From positions 4,278 to 68,277 of the forward strand of contig CAWHHZ010000020.1 of NCBI GenBank assembly GCA_963829355.1: a DNA stretch of 64,000 nt, written 5' to 3'. Source of the stretch: an uncultured Acidobacteriota bacterium. Its GTDB lineage: Bacteria > Acidobacteriota > Thermoanaerobaculia > Gp7-AA8 > JAHWKK01. The notes below the pieces were generated by a model, which saw only the letters and a list, made by a program, of their open reading frames with translations, had not been told where the DNA came from and did no database searches. Each line of letters opens with the position of its first letter. Within the stretch, counting starts at the first letter, position 1. The position numbers and the translations under genes were made by a program. Of this stretch, positions 40,423 through 49,077 are shown one piece after another.

Positions 40423-43386
40423 ATGTCGACAATCGAGCTGGGGCCGGGAACCGTGCTTCTCCATTACCGTCTTCTCGAGCCTCTCGGCGAAGGCGGGATG
40501 GGAGTGGTGTGGAAAGCAGTCGACACGGCGCTCGATCGTGAGGTTGCGATCAAGGTTCTTCCCGCGGCCTTCGCGGCCGATCCGGGACGCCTGACGCGAT
40601 TCGAGCGCGAGGCGAAGCTGCTCGCGTCGCTCTCTCATCCCAACATCGCGGCGATCTACGGTTTTCACGAGGCAGAGGGTGTGCGCTTTCTCGCGATGGA
40701 GCTCGTGCGTGGAACGACTCTGACCGAAGAGATCTCCCGAGGACTGACACCGATGCGTGTCGTCGAGCTCGCCGCGACAATCGCCGATGGTCTCGCAGCG
40801 GCACATCGCGAGCACGTGACGCATCGTGACCTGAAGCCTGACAACATCATGATCGACCGAGACGGGCGGCCGAAGATTCTCGACTTCGGTCTGGCAAAGC
40901 TCGGATCCGAAGCGACGTCGGACGACGCGGAAACGGCACTCCGAGACGCAACGATCACTCGCCAGGGGACAGTACTCGGCACGGTCGCCTACATGTCGCC
41001 CGAGCAGGCCCAGGGCCGTTCCGTCGGGCCGCGCTCCGACATTTTCTCTCTCGGCATCGTCCTCTACGAGATGACGACGGGCAAAAGACCTTTCACCGGA
41101 GACAACAGCGTCTCGATCATCACATCGATTCTTCGTGATACGCCAGAGCCGGTCACCAGGGTCGTCCGCACCGCGCCGACGCCGCTCGGCGACATCATCA
41201 GGCGCTGCCTCGAGAAGAACCCCGAGGACCGCTACGACGACGCATCAGGAGTGCGCGACGATCTGGTGACGCTGCGCGATCAGCTCGTCTCCGATCCGGG
41301 ACGTATCCGCCTCGGGGCGCCGCGATCGAAACGAGCCCTGATTGCTGCGGCAGCCGTCCTCGTCCTGCTCCTCGGGCTGGTCGGGAACTGGTGGTTCAGA
41401 CGGGAGGCGAAGCAGCGATGGGTCGACGAGGAGGGGCTTCCGCGACTCGAGGCGATGGTCGACAGCATTCAGGGGCTGCAGGAGGGCCGCGAGAGCTGGG
41501 ACTCGTTCGTGCTCGCAAGGCAGATCGAAGAGATATCGCCGGCCCACCCGCTGGTCGAGCGGTTGAGGTCGAGGTTCTCGCGCGAGATCGCAATCAACTC
41601 TGAACCCGCGGGGGCGAAGGTGTTCGCACGTTTCTACGACGACCCGGACACCGAGCCACTGTTCATCGGCACGACCCCGATCGAGACCATCCACTATCCG
41701 CTCGGCATCACACGCATCCGTTTCGAGATCGATGGAAGGCGTCCCGTCGACGACGTCGTCTGGAACCTCGGATACTTCGCGGGCGATGAGATTGACGTGC
41801 AGTTCGCCGACGACACGAGTGTTCCCACCGACATGGCGTACGTTCCTCCCGGGGAGTTCGGCATGTTCATGCCGGGTCTCGATCATCTCGATCCGGAACC
41901 GACGACGGCGTTCCTGATGGATCGGCACGAGGTGACGAATGCCGAATTCAAACGCTTCGTCGATGCGGGCGGTTACACCAAACGCGACTACTGGACCGAG
42001 CCGTTCCGCGACGGAGAACGCGAGATCGCATTCGAGGAGGCGATGAGCCGCTTCACCGATCGCACAGGGCGTCCGGGCCCGGCGACGTGGGAGGTCGGCG
42101 TCTATCCAACCGGACAGGACGAACACCCCGTCTCAGGCGTGAGCTGGTACGAAGCCGCGGCCTACGCCGAGTGGGCGGGGAAGCGGTTGCCGACGATCTT
42201 TCACTGGAACCGCGTCGCGTACACCGTTGCGAGCTCGAGGATCGTGCCGCTCGCGAACCTGGGGGCGAGCGCGCCCGTTCCCGTCGGAAGCTCACGCAGC
42301 GAGAACCGTTTCGGCGTGACCGACCTCGCGGGCAATGTGCGCGAATGGGTCTGGAACGAGAGCGACCGGCAGGGGAGATTCATCCTGGGCGGGGGCTGGA
42401 ACGATCCCGATTACGCCTTTGTCGATGCCTACGCGCAGCCGGCGTTCGACCGCTCGGTCACCAATGGATTCCGCTGCATCCGACTCCTCGAGGACGAACC
42501 GCACATCGCGATTCTCGAGCGCAGCATCGCGCTTCCCTTCCGCGACTTCTTCGCGGAAACACCAGTGGCTGACGACGTCTTCGCGCAATTCGTTCGACAA
42601 TTCGCCTACGACAAAACTCCGCTAAATGCGAAGATCGAGGATGAGCGGCCCGTGGAAGGCGGTACGCGCCAGAAGATCACGTTCGATGCCGCGTACGGCG
42701 ATGAGCGGATGATGGCCTACCTCTTCCTTCCCGATGCGGGACGTCCCCCGTTTCAGACGGTCGTGGTGTTCCCCGGCTCCGGCTCGATCGGCATGAAGTC
42801 GAGCGATTCGCTCGAGCTGGGACGCGTCGACTTCCTCCTTCGAGGAGGGCGCGCAGTCATCTGGCCGATCTACAAGAGCACCTACGAGCGCGGAGACGAT
42901 CTGAGCTCGGACTATCCTGAAGAAACCACGTTCTACAAGGATCACGTCATCATGTGGGGCAAGGATCTCGCGCGCTCGATCGACTATCTCGAGACGCGAG
43001 AGGATGTCGACTCTGATCGCATCGCGTACTACGGCCTCAGCTGGGGCGCGGCGATGGGGGCGATCCTGCCGGCGATCGAGCCGCGCATCAGGACGAATAT
43101 CCTGTATGTCGCAGGGATGACCTTCCAGCGGGCGCTCCCCGAGGCCGACCAGATCAATTACGTGACGCGTGTCAGGCAACCGACGCTGATTCTTAACGGC
43201 GAGCTCGACTTCTTCTTTCCCACCGAGACGTCACAGAAACCACTGTTTGAGCTCCTCGGCACGCCCCCGAAAGACAAGAAGCGGCTCGTCTACCCGGGAG
43301 GCCACTCGGTGCCCCGGATCGAGATGGTCAGAGAGTCGCTGCAGTGGCTCGACCATTATCTCGGGCCGGTGAGCTCGAGCGGCTGA
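40423..43386 (+). CDS. Ser/Thr kinase - TM - FGE-sulfatase (SUMF1-like) domain - alpha/beta hydrolase fusion protein
   Basis: Kinase (GEGGMGVVWKA, HRDLKPDNIM, AYMSPEQ). TM helix near residue 310. FGE-like (HEVTNAEFKRFV...HPVSGVSWYEAAAYAEWAGKRLPT...NVREWVWN). C-terminal hydrolase (YYGLSWGAAMG). Confidence 0.8.
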   Translation: MSTIELGPGTVLLHYRLLEPLGEGGMGVVWKAVDTALDREVAIKVLPAAFAADPGRLTRFEREAKLLASLSHPNIAAIYGFHEAEGVRFLAMELVRGTTLTEEISRGLTPMRVVELAATIADGLAAAHREHVTHRDLKPDNIMIDRDGRPKILDFGLAKLGSEATSDDAETALRDATITRQGTVLGTVAYMSPEQAQGRSVGPRSDIFSLGIVLYEMTTGKRPFTGDNSVSIITSILRDTPEPVTRVVRTAPTPLGDIIRRCLEKNPEDRYDDASGVRDDLVTLRDQLVSDPGRIRLGAPRSKRALIAAAAVLVLLLGLVGNWWFRREAKQRWVDEEGLPRLEAMVDSIQGLQEGRESWDSFVLARQIEEISPAHPLVERLRSRFSREIAINSEPAGAKVFARFYDDPDTEPLFIGTTPIETIHYPLGITRIRFEIDGRRPVDDVVWNLGYFAGDEIDVQFADDTSVPTDMAYVPPGEFGMFMPGLDHLDPEPTTAFLMDRHEVTNAEFKRFVDAGGYTKRDYWTEPFRDGEREIAFEEAMSRFTDRTGRPGPATWEVGVYPTGQDEHPVSGVSWYEAAAYAEWAGKRLPTIFHWNRVAYTVASSRIVPLANLGASAPVPVGSSRSENRFGVTDLAGNVREWVWNESDRQGRFILGGGWNDPDYAFVDAYAQPAFDRSVTNGFRCIRLLEDEPHIAILERSIALPFRDFFAETPVADDVFAQFVRQFAYDKTPLNAKIEDERPVEGGTRQKITFDAAYGDERMMAYLFLPDAGRPPFQTVVVFPGSGSIGMKSSDSLELGRVDFLLRGGRAVIWPIYKSTYERGDDLSSDYPEETTFYKDHVIMWGKDLARSIDYLETREDVDSDRIAYYGLSWGAAMGAILPAIEPRIRTNILYVAGMTFQRALPEADQINYVTRVRQPTLILNGELDFFFPTETSQKPLFELLGTPPKDKKRLVYPGGHSVPRIEMVRESLQWLDHYLGPVSSSG

Positions 43387-43503
43387 AGTCGCACCGACAC
43401 CAGCCAGCCTTCCGCGCAGGAGACGTCCTTCATTTTAGGCGGAAGGATTGCCGGTCAGAGACGTGGCCCTCGAGGAGCCAGTGCGTCGTCCGAGGACAGT
43501 CTG

Positions 43504-43759
43504 AGCACACCGGAGGTGTGCCGGAAGGTAGCGGTGGTAGCGCCGGAGGCGCAACCACCGGTGCATGTCGCCCACCCCAACACGCAGCACCCCGGCAGGG
43601 GTGCCGGACGTCGCCCTGGGAAGACAGTTCATGCCGCAGAGCACACTCAGCCGGAAACCGACAGCTCATGCCGAATCGCGACACGACTTTGCGAAGTAAA
43701 GTTACGATTCTGGCTCCGGCCCTAACTTTAGGCGATTCTGGCTCCGGCCCTAACTTTAC
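43504..43759 (+). repeat. Full composite repeat: H element + 20-nt units + T-hairpin with duplicated loop and arm
   Basis: H at 43504-43606; units at 43621-43697; GTAAAGTTACG-ATTCTGGCTCCGGC-CCTAACTTTA, then GGCG-ATTCTGGCTCCGGC-CCTAACTTTAC. Confidence 0.8.
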
Positions 43760-43906
43760 AGCGGCCAGGGAACGAACTGACGTATTTGATCTCGAGGTGT
43801 GATCCCAAGTCAGTCCCTGCAGAATCATGTGGCTCCCGTTCCTGTTGCCGGGGGAAAGCCGGTATCATGAAGCCGTTGAAGCATGACATGCAGGGGGCAC
43901 GATTCG

Positions 43907-44155
43907 ATGAGTGACTGGAGAGAGATGATCGTCTCGGATCCGGAGATCGTGGTTGGCAAACCAGTGATCGCCGGGACCCGTCTCACGGTAGAATTCATTC
44001 TCGAACGGCTCTCCGACGGCTGGACGGAACCAGAACTGATCGAGAACTATCCCGGTCTGACGATCGAGCAGATCCACGCGTGTCTGGCATACGCCGCCGA
44101 GGCTCTGTCCGAGGTGCAGGTCTACTCGATTCCCCTGAGCCGGCACGGCGGATGA
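43907..44155 (+). CDS. DUF433 putative antitoxin
   Basis: IVSDPEIVVGKPVIAGTRLTVEFILERLSDGWTEPELIENYPGLTIEQIHACLAYA. Confidence 0.7.
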   Translation: MSDWREMIVSDPEIVVGKPVIAGTRLTVEFILERLSDGWTEPELIENYPGLTIEQIHACLAYAAEALSEVQVYSIPLSRHGG

Positions 44156-44505
44156 AGTTTCTTGCCGACGCGAATATCCCGCGCCGTCTCGTCGATCGTC
44201 TTCGTGCGACAGGTCACGAGATCTTCTGGGCCTACGAGGATGCCGCGCCTGGAACTTCTGATGAGGATCTGATCGGACGCGCGGCGGCCGAGGATCGCGT
44301 CATCCTTACCTGGGACAAAGATTTCGGTGAGCTCGTGTTCTCGCACGGACATCGAGTCGGAGTCATTCTGATTCGGATGCGGAACGTCAGCCTGAAAGTG
44401 CTGGTCGACACTGTGGTGGACCTGGTCCAGAGTAGCGACGAACTACAGCATCTCTTCGTCGTGATCGAATCCGGCCGCGTCCGCCGCACCCCCCTCCCTC
44501 ATTGA
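44152..44505 (+). CDS. DUF5615 (PIN-like) putative toxin
   Basis: MKFLADANIPRRLVDRLRATGHEIFWA...ILTWDKDFGELV. ATGA overlap with the DUF433 gene. Confidence 0.7.
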   Translation: MKFLADANIPRRLVDRLRATGHEIFWAYEDAAPGTSDEDLIGRAAAEDRVILTWDKDFGELVFSHGHRVGVILIRMRNVSLKVLVDTVVDLVQSSDELQHLFVVIESGRVRRTPLPH

Positions 44506-44595
44506 TGACCCTGCCGTAATTGTCGCTCTACGACAGTAAGCTCACACCTCCTCTAAAGTATGCCCCAATGTATCTCTCCTTCCGAAGACCCCGCC

Positions 44596-44636
44596 TCGAA
44601 AACTTAACTTTCTAGCTCCGACGTTAAGTTTTCCGA
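44596..44636 (+). repeat. T' hairpin
   Basis: TCGAAAACTTAAC-TTTCTAGCTCCGAC-GTTAAGTTTTCCGA, a 13-bp stem with one bulged C. Confidence 0.8.
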
Positions 44637-44680
44637 CCCGTCGCCATTCGCGGGCTGGTGTCTGTCCTAAACATCTGAGC

Positions 44681-44770
44681 ATGATCTTCTCTCCGGACAG
44701 AAAGATTCTGGAGATCGTCGGTGACATAGAACCGGAACCGCTCGAGCTGTGGGTTGTGCTTTTCCATTAA
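44681..44770 (+). pseudogene. 5' fragment of a RES-toxin gene
   Basis: MIFSPDRKILEIVGDIEPEPLE... matches the start of 53595..54104 (VIFSPDRKILEVVGAIEPAPLE), then stops after 29 codons. Confidence 0.6.
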
Positions 44771-44829
44771 GCCGGATGGCTCGATCATTAGGGCTACCGC
44801 AATGCGATTCTTAGAGGTACGATTGAGCC

Positions 44830-45081
44830 ATGGCCAGCGTGCAGGTTGAGTTACCGGAGAGCGTTCTCGCGGCATTACGGAAGGCCCCTCATGAGGTTGG
44901 CCCGGAGATGCGCATTGCCGCAGCAATTCATTGGTATCAGCAGAGCTTGATCTCTATGGAGAGGGCGGCAGAAGTCGCGGGGATGAACCGAACCGAGTTT
45001 CTGGCGGAGCTGTCCCGTCGGCGGGTCGATGTGTTCGTGGTAGATGATGAGGACCTCGCGCGAGAGCTCGAGAATGCCTGA
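44830..45081 (+). CDS. UPF0175 family antitoxin, copy 1
   Basis: ...AAAIHWYQQSLISMERAAEVAGMNRTEFLAELSRRRV. Identical copy at 52151..52402. Confidence 0.7.
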   Translation: MASVQVELPESVLAALRKAPHEVGPEMRIAAAIHWYQQSLISMERAAEVAGMNRTEFLAELSRRRVDVFVVDDEDLARELENA

Positions 45082-45559
45082 TCGTCTCGTCGTCAACGCT
45101 TCCCCATTGATCTTTCTCGGCAACGGCAATCGGCTCGAGCTGCTGCGAGATTTCACTGAAGGACCTGTGATCGTACCCGGGGTCGTCCTGGACGAGATCC
45201 TGTCAGGCGGGCATCACGACCGGGCGGCCGAGGCGGTGAGAAAGTCGAGCTGGCTTCAGGCAGGCACTCCCGACTCAATGCCGCCAGAAGTGCTGGAGTG
45301 GGATCTCGGTGCGGGTGAGTCCGCCGTCATCGCGATCTCACTGGAGACTGAAGGTGCGAGGCCAGTGATCGATGATCTTGCTGGCCGCCGGTGTGCGAGA
45401 GCGTTCGATCTGGACGTGATCGGAACTCTGGGTCTTGTGATCGCAGCGCATCGTCGCGGAACGGTCGACGACCCTCGGAGAGTTCTGCTCGAACTGAGGG
45501 ATGCCGGAATGTGGCTCTCCGATGAGGTATTGGAGAAGGCCCTCAAGAAGAACGACTAA
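45074..45559 (+). CDS. DUF3368 (PIN-like) putative toxin, copy 1
   Basis: MPDRLVVNASPLIFLGNGNRLELL...DDLAGRRCARAFDLDVIGTLGLV. Overlaps the antitoxin stop. Identical copy at 52395..52880. Confidence 0.7.
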   Translation: MPDRLVVNASPLIFLGNGNRLELLRDFTEGPVIVPGVVLDEILSGGHHDRAAEAVRKSSWLQAGTPDSMPPEVLEWDLGAGESAVIAISLETEGARPVIDDLAGRRCARAFDLDVIGTLGLVIAAHRRGTVDDPRRVLLELRDAGMWLSDEVLEKALKKND

Positions 45560-45633
45560 TCGCTTTTCGACAGGTCGCTCTCCTATCGTCCTCCCCACCA
45601 CGGAAGATCCGGCGGAGGTTTTTGCTAGACAGT

Positions 45634-45722
45634 GGTTCTACTGTGTGTAGAAGTGTGCGCAGAATCAGCTTCGGATTCTACGTCTCGTAGATTTGACCGC
45701 CGAACAAAGACCTGGCCCCCAG
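45634..45722 (+). repeat. Y element
   Basis: GGTTCTACtgtgtGTAGAA...TTCTACgtctcGTAGATTTGACCGCCGAACAAAGACCTGGCCCCCAG. Confidence 0.8.
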
Positions 45723-45897
45723 CCTCGAAGTGGTCGGAGTCGACGGAGGAGTTCTTGCCGTCTTTCAATGACGATTACGTCGCGGTTCAGCTGGAGGCGA
45801 TGGATTGGAATCTCGTCGGAGTGACGAATTTGGCTCAGTGCTCTCGCCACGGCTCAGAATAGCAATGATGTCAACCTGAAGATTCTCGAAGGCATCT

Positions 45898-45932
45898 GAA
45901 AACTTATATTTTGAGCTTTGAGGTTAAGTTCT
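45898..45932 (+). repeat. T'' hairpin variant
   Basis: GAAAACTTATA-TTTTGAGCTTTGAG-GTTAAGTTCT. Confidence 0.7.
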
Positions 45933-45973
45933 ACGATCGCAATCGGCAGAAGCCGTTCGTCATGATCCGACAT
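45933..45973 (-). pseudogene. 5' fragment (first ~13 codons) of the 76-aa gene family
   Basis: Encodes MSDHDERLLPIAI and is cut exactly at the T'' edge. The upstream leader is conserved with copy A. Confidence 0.6.
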
Positions 45974-45999
45974 CCCTCGATCGTACCTCGGCTACCTGC

Positions 46000-46272
46000 G
46001 GTTCTACTTCTCGTAGAATCCGAGATAATCGTCAGGGGTCTCGAACCAGCACACCGGAGGTGTGCCGGAAGGTAGCCGGTGGTAGCGCCGGAGGCGCAAC
46101 CACCGGTTCAAGACGACCCTCCCCAACACGCAGCACCCCGGTAGGGGTGCCGGGACTCGCGGCCTGGGAAGACAGTTCATGCCGCAGAGCGACACCTCAC
46201 GCCGAATCGCGACACGACTTTGCGAAGTAAAGTTTAGATTCGAGGTGTGACCCCAAGTTAAAGTTTTCCTTC
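46000..46272 (+). repeat. Full composite repeat: Y fragment + H + three 20-nt units + chimeric T-hairpin
   Basis: H at 46047-46153 (hairpin 3 loop GGTA instead of GGCA). One 20-nt unit fewer than the 35.6-kb copy. The 3' arm reads GTTAAAGTTTTCC, like T'. Confidence 0.8.
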
Positions 46273-46385
46273 TCGTAGAGTTCACCGCAGACCAAAGACC
46301 TCGCACCAGGGGTCTTCGGCTCGAAGACCCACAGCGCGCGAGGAATTCCTGAAATCACATTAACCTTTCGTGTTAATGTATTCTG

Positions 46386-46721
46386 GTGCAAATTGAATTC
46401 GCGTCGAAGAAGTTGGCGAAGGAGTGCAATGATTTTCAGCTTCTCCGTCGACGTTATGGTGACCGCCGGGCGAAGGTGCTACGCCGCCGTCTGGACGAAA
46501 TAGACGCCGCACGCACCATGGCCCAGCTCGCTACTCTGCCCGCAGGGCGCTATCACGAGCTCGTCGGGAATCGGAAACGCCAGATTTCAGCCGATCTCGA
46601 TCATCCGTACCGCCTGATCTTCAAACCGGCCGACCCGGTGCCTCTGCGAGCTGATGGGGGGCTCGACTGGGAAGCAGTCACTGTAGTCGTTATTTTAGAA
46701 ATTGCCGACACGCATGAATGA
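46386..46721 (+). CDS. HigB-like (plasmid-killer/RelE superfamily) toxin
   Basis: IEFASKKLAKECND...RRLDEIDAARTMAQLATLPAGRYHELVGNRKRQISADLDHPYRLIF...VVILEIADTHE. Confidence 0.7.
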   Translation: MQIEFASKKLAKECNDFQLLRRRYGDRRAKVLRRRLDEIDAARTMAQLATLPAGRYHELVGNRKRQISADLDHPYRLIFKPADPVPLRADGGLDWEAVTVVVILEIADTHE

Positions 46722-46731
46722 AAGGCAAAAC

Positions 46732-47823
46732 ATGATCAGCTCGACCCAGTATCAGCCTGACTTTGTAACCCCGCCCGGGGAAACGCTGCAGGAAACGCTC
46801 GAGGTCCTCGGAATGTCGCAGGCAGAGGCGGCGAACCGAATGGGGCGCCCCCTGAAAACGATCAATGAGATCATCAAGGGCAAAGTAGCGATTACACCCG
46901 ACACAGCCCTGCAACTCGAGCGGATCACTTCTGTTCCTGCGTCCTTCTGGAACGCCCGCGAAGCGCGGTATCGCGAATTCCTGGCCTCCGAGGCTGAAAG
47001 GGAGCGGCTCGAGCGGCAGGACAAATGGCTGAATCAACTCCCGGTTTCGAAGATGGTGAAATTGGGATGGGTGGCGAAGGGGCGATCGAAGGTGGAACAA
47101 GCGCGTCATCTGCTGACCTTCTTCAGTGTCGCGACACCCGAGCTGCTCGAGCAGAGAGTTCACGTGCAGTTTCGTCAATCAGTCAAACGGAAGGCGAATC
47201 CGTGGGCTCAGCTGGCCTGGCTCCGCAGAGGAACGATCGAGGCCGGGCAGATTACCTGCTCGCCGTATCAGCCGGATCTGTTTCGTGTCGCACTTCAGGA
47301 AGCGCGGACACTCACGAGTTCCGACCTCGGCAACGCAACCGAAGCCTTGAGGGAGATCTGTCGTCAGGCCGGAGTTGCCGTCGTCTACGTCCCCGAGCTT
47401 CCCAACACGTGCGCCTGGGGCGCGACTCGGTGGATTACCTCAACCAAAGCGCTGATCCAGCTCAGCATGCGTTACAAGACCGACGATCACTTCTGGTTCA
47501 CCTTCTTTCACGAAGCCGCACATGTGTTGAAGCACGGGAAGCGGGACGAGTTCGTCGAATGCGACGCCGATGACGCAAATCAGCAGGAAAAGGAATCGGA
47601 GGCCGACCGTTTCGCAGCCGAATTTCTCATCCCCTCGGCACGTCTGAACGAGTTTCTTGCTGAACGATGGAAGTCAAAAGCCGCGGTAAATCGCTTCGCG
47701 TCTCGAATCGGCGTCGCGCCGGGGATCGTGGTGGGACGCCTCCAGCATGAAGGCCACCTGCCGCACAGTCACTTCAATGACCTGAAGCGTCGGATGGAGT
47801 TTTCGAGCGGTTCTACAGTCTGA
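46732..47823 (+). CDS. XRE-HTH antitoxin fused to an ImmA/IrrE (DUF955) metallopeptidase domain
   Basis: HTH (LGMSQAEAANRMGRPLKTINEIIKGK) and HExxH (FFHEAAHVL). Alternative in-frame starts at 46702 and 46714. Confidence 0.7.
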   Translation: MISSTQYQPDFVTPPGETLQETLEVLGMSQAEAANRMGRPLKTINEIIKGKVAITPDTALQLERITSVPASFWNAREARYREFLASEAERERLERQDKWLNQLPVSKMVKLGWVAKGRSKVEQARHLLTFFSVATPELLEQRVHVQFRQSVKRKANPWAQLAWLRRGTIEAGQITCSPYQPDLFRVALQEARTLTSSDLGNATEALREICRQAGVAVVYVPELPNTCAWGATRWITSTKALIQLSMRYKTDDHFWFTFFHEAAHVLKHGKRDEFVECDADDANQQEKESEADRFAAEFLIPSARLNEFLAERWKSKAAVNRFASRIGVAPGIVVGRLQHEGHLPHSHFNDLKRRMEFSSGSTV

Positions 47824-47867
47824 AGCCAACCGGATGCGATACAGGTAGAAGCGAGTGCGGTCTCAAG

Positions 47868-47982
47868 ATGACAGCTCATGCCGCAGGGCGACAACTCATG
47901 CCGGCAACCGACAGCTCAGGCCGAATCACGACACCGCTTTGCGAAGTAAAGTGAAAATTCTGGCTCTGACCCTAACATTAAC
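47868..47982 (+). repeat. Composite repeat: 20-nt units plus T-hairpin
   Basis: ATGACAGCTCATGCCGCAGG / GCGACAACTCATGCCGGCAAC / CGACAGCTCAGGCCGAATCA / CGACACCGCTTTGCGAAGTA, then GTAAAGTGAAA-ATTCTGGCTCTGAC-CCTAACATTAAC. Confidence 0.8.
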
Positions 47983-48198
47983 CGCGCGGCTCACGATCAT
48001 CCATCCGGATCAGATCGTACCTCGGTCGCCCAATGATCCACTCCTCGTAGACCCAGATGGACGACTCAACTCATAAACCGCATGACCATGTGCGGTCGTG
48101 TGCCTCAGTACAGTTGGCACACGTGATTGTACCTCGGGAGGTGCTTTCCACCCCGGAGAGGAACAGCGAGCCGCTGGGGCGCAGCCCGACTTTGCAGA

Positions 48199-48235
48199 GT
48201 AAAGTTACTTTTCTGGCTCTGACCCCAATTTAATC
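48199..48235 (+). repeat. T-hairpin (degenerate arms)
   Basis: GTAAAGTTAC-TTTTCTGGCTCTGAC-CCCAATTTAATC. Confidence 0.65.
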
Positions 48236-48239
48236 TTCC

Positions 48240-48281
48240 CACATCCCGTAGATTTGACCGCCGACCAAAGACCTGACCCCA
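48240..48281 (+). repeat. Partial Y element (3' half)
   Basis: CACATCCCGTAGATTTGACCGCCGACCAAAGACCTGACCCCA. Confidence 0.7.
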
Positions 48282-48320
48282 AAGCTCCGCAAAGCTCCGC
48301 AAAGCTCCGCAAAGCTCCGA
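48281..48320 (+). repeat. 10-nt tandem repeat, 4 units
   Basis: AAAGCTCCGC x3 plus AAAGCTCCGA. Confidence 0.8.
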
Positions 48321-48339
48321 GGTCCCTAACTTCCCCTTT

Positions 48340-48594
48340 TTACTGACGATCTTCCGAAAAGAGAACGGTCTCGATCCGCTCGACCCGTGATTCGAGACTG
48401 GTGAGGCGCTGGTCCAGTGCAGTGTAAGAGAGTTTGATCATCGAACGAGTTTCCCCGAACTCGCCCCGAGTCTCCGCGTGATGTCGGTCGACCTTCGCGT
48501 CGAGCAGCGAGATGGCTTCGAGGATCCGATCGAACTTCTGATCGTTCGCTTCCGCGAGAACGTCGAAATGTCGTTTCAGTTCCCCGTCATCCAT
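48340..48594 (-). CDS. Hypothetical coiled-coil protein (84 aa)
   Basis: MDDGELKRHFDVLAEANDQKFDRILEAISLLDAKVDRHHAETRGEF...LTSLESRVERIETVLF. A 3' fragment copy lies at 38668-38723. Confidence 0.45.
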   Translation of the reverse strand: MDDGELKRHFDVLAEANDQKFDRILEAISLLDAKVDRHHAETRGEFGETRSMIKLSYTALDQRLTSLESRVERIETVLFSEDRQ

Positions 48595-48837
48595 TCGGTT
48601 TCCTCCGCCGGATCGTCGAGAGGCTGGATCCAGAGATCAGTTTACCATCCCATCGTCAGGTGCAGTCCCCTGCGTCGGATGGTGGATTCCACCGCAACAG
48701 ACGCCGCCAGAGTCGATCTACTCCGATGAGGTATGAGAGGAGGCCCTCCAGGAGAACGACTGAATCGCTTTTCGACGGCGGCCCTCCGACCGACCTCCAC
48801 AACACAGAAGATCCGCCGGGGGTTCTTGCTCGACAGT

Positions 48838-48931
48838 GGTTCTACTGACCGTAGAAATTTCAACGGGATCGACTTCGGATTCTACCTCTCGTAGATTCGA
48901 CCGCCGACCAAAGACCTGCCCCCAGAGGTCG
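48838..48931 (+). repeat. Y element
   Basis: GGTTCTACtgaccGTAGAA...TTCTACctctcGTAGATTCGACCGCCGACCAAAGACCTGCCCCCAGAGGTC. A decayed DUF3368 3' end precedes it (48720-48762). Confidence 0.8.
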
Positions 48932-49077
48932 AGGTATGAGGTGCGAGGTAAGAGTTTTTCAGCCACCTCGCCGGCCAGTGGAAGATTTCGCTGCTGCTCC
49001 CGCGCAGCTCTGACACCCGTTCAGAGGTCGTTCGGTGACCTGCTCGTTGCGCTATTATTCCACCCAGCAGGTACTGG

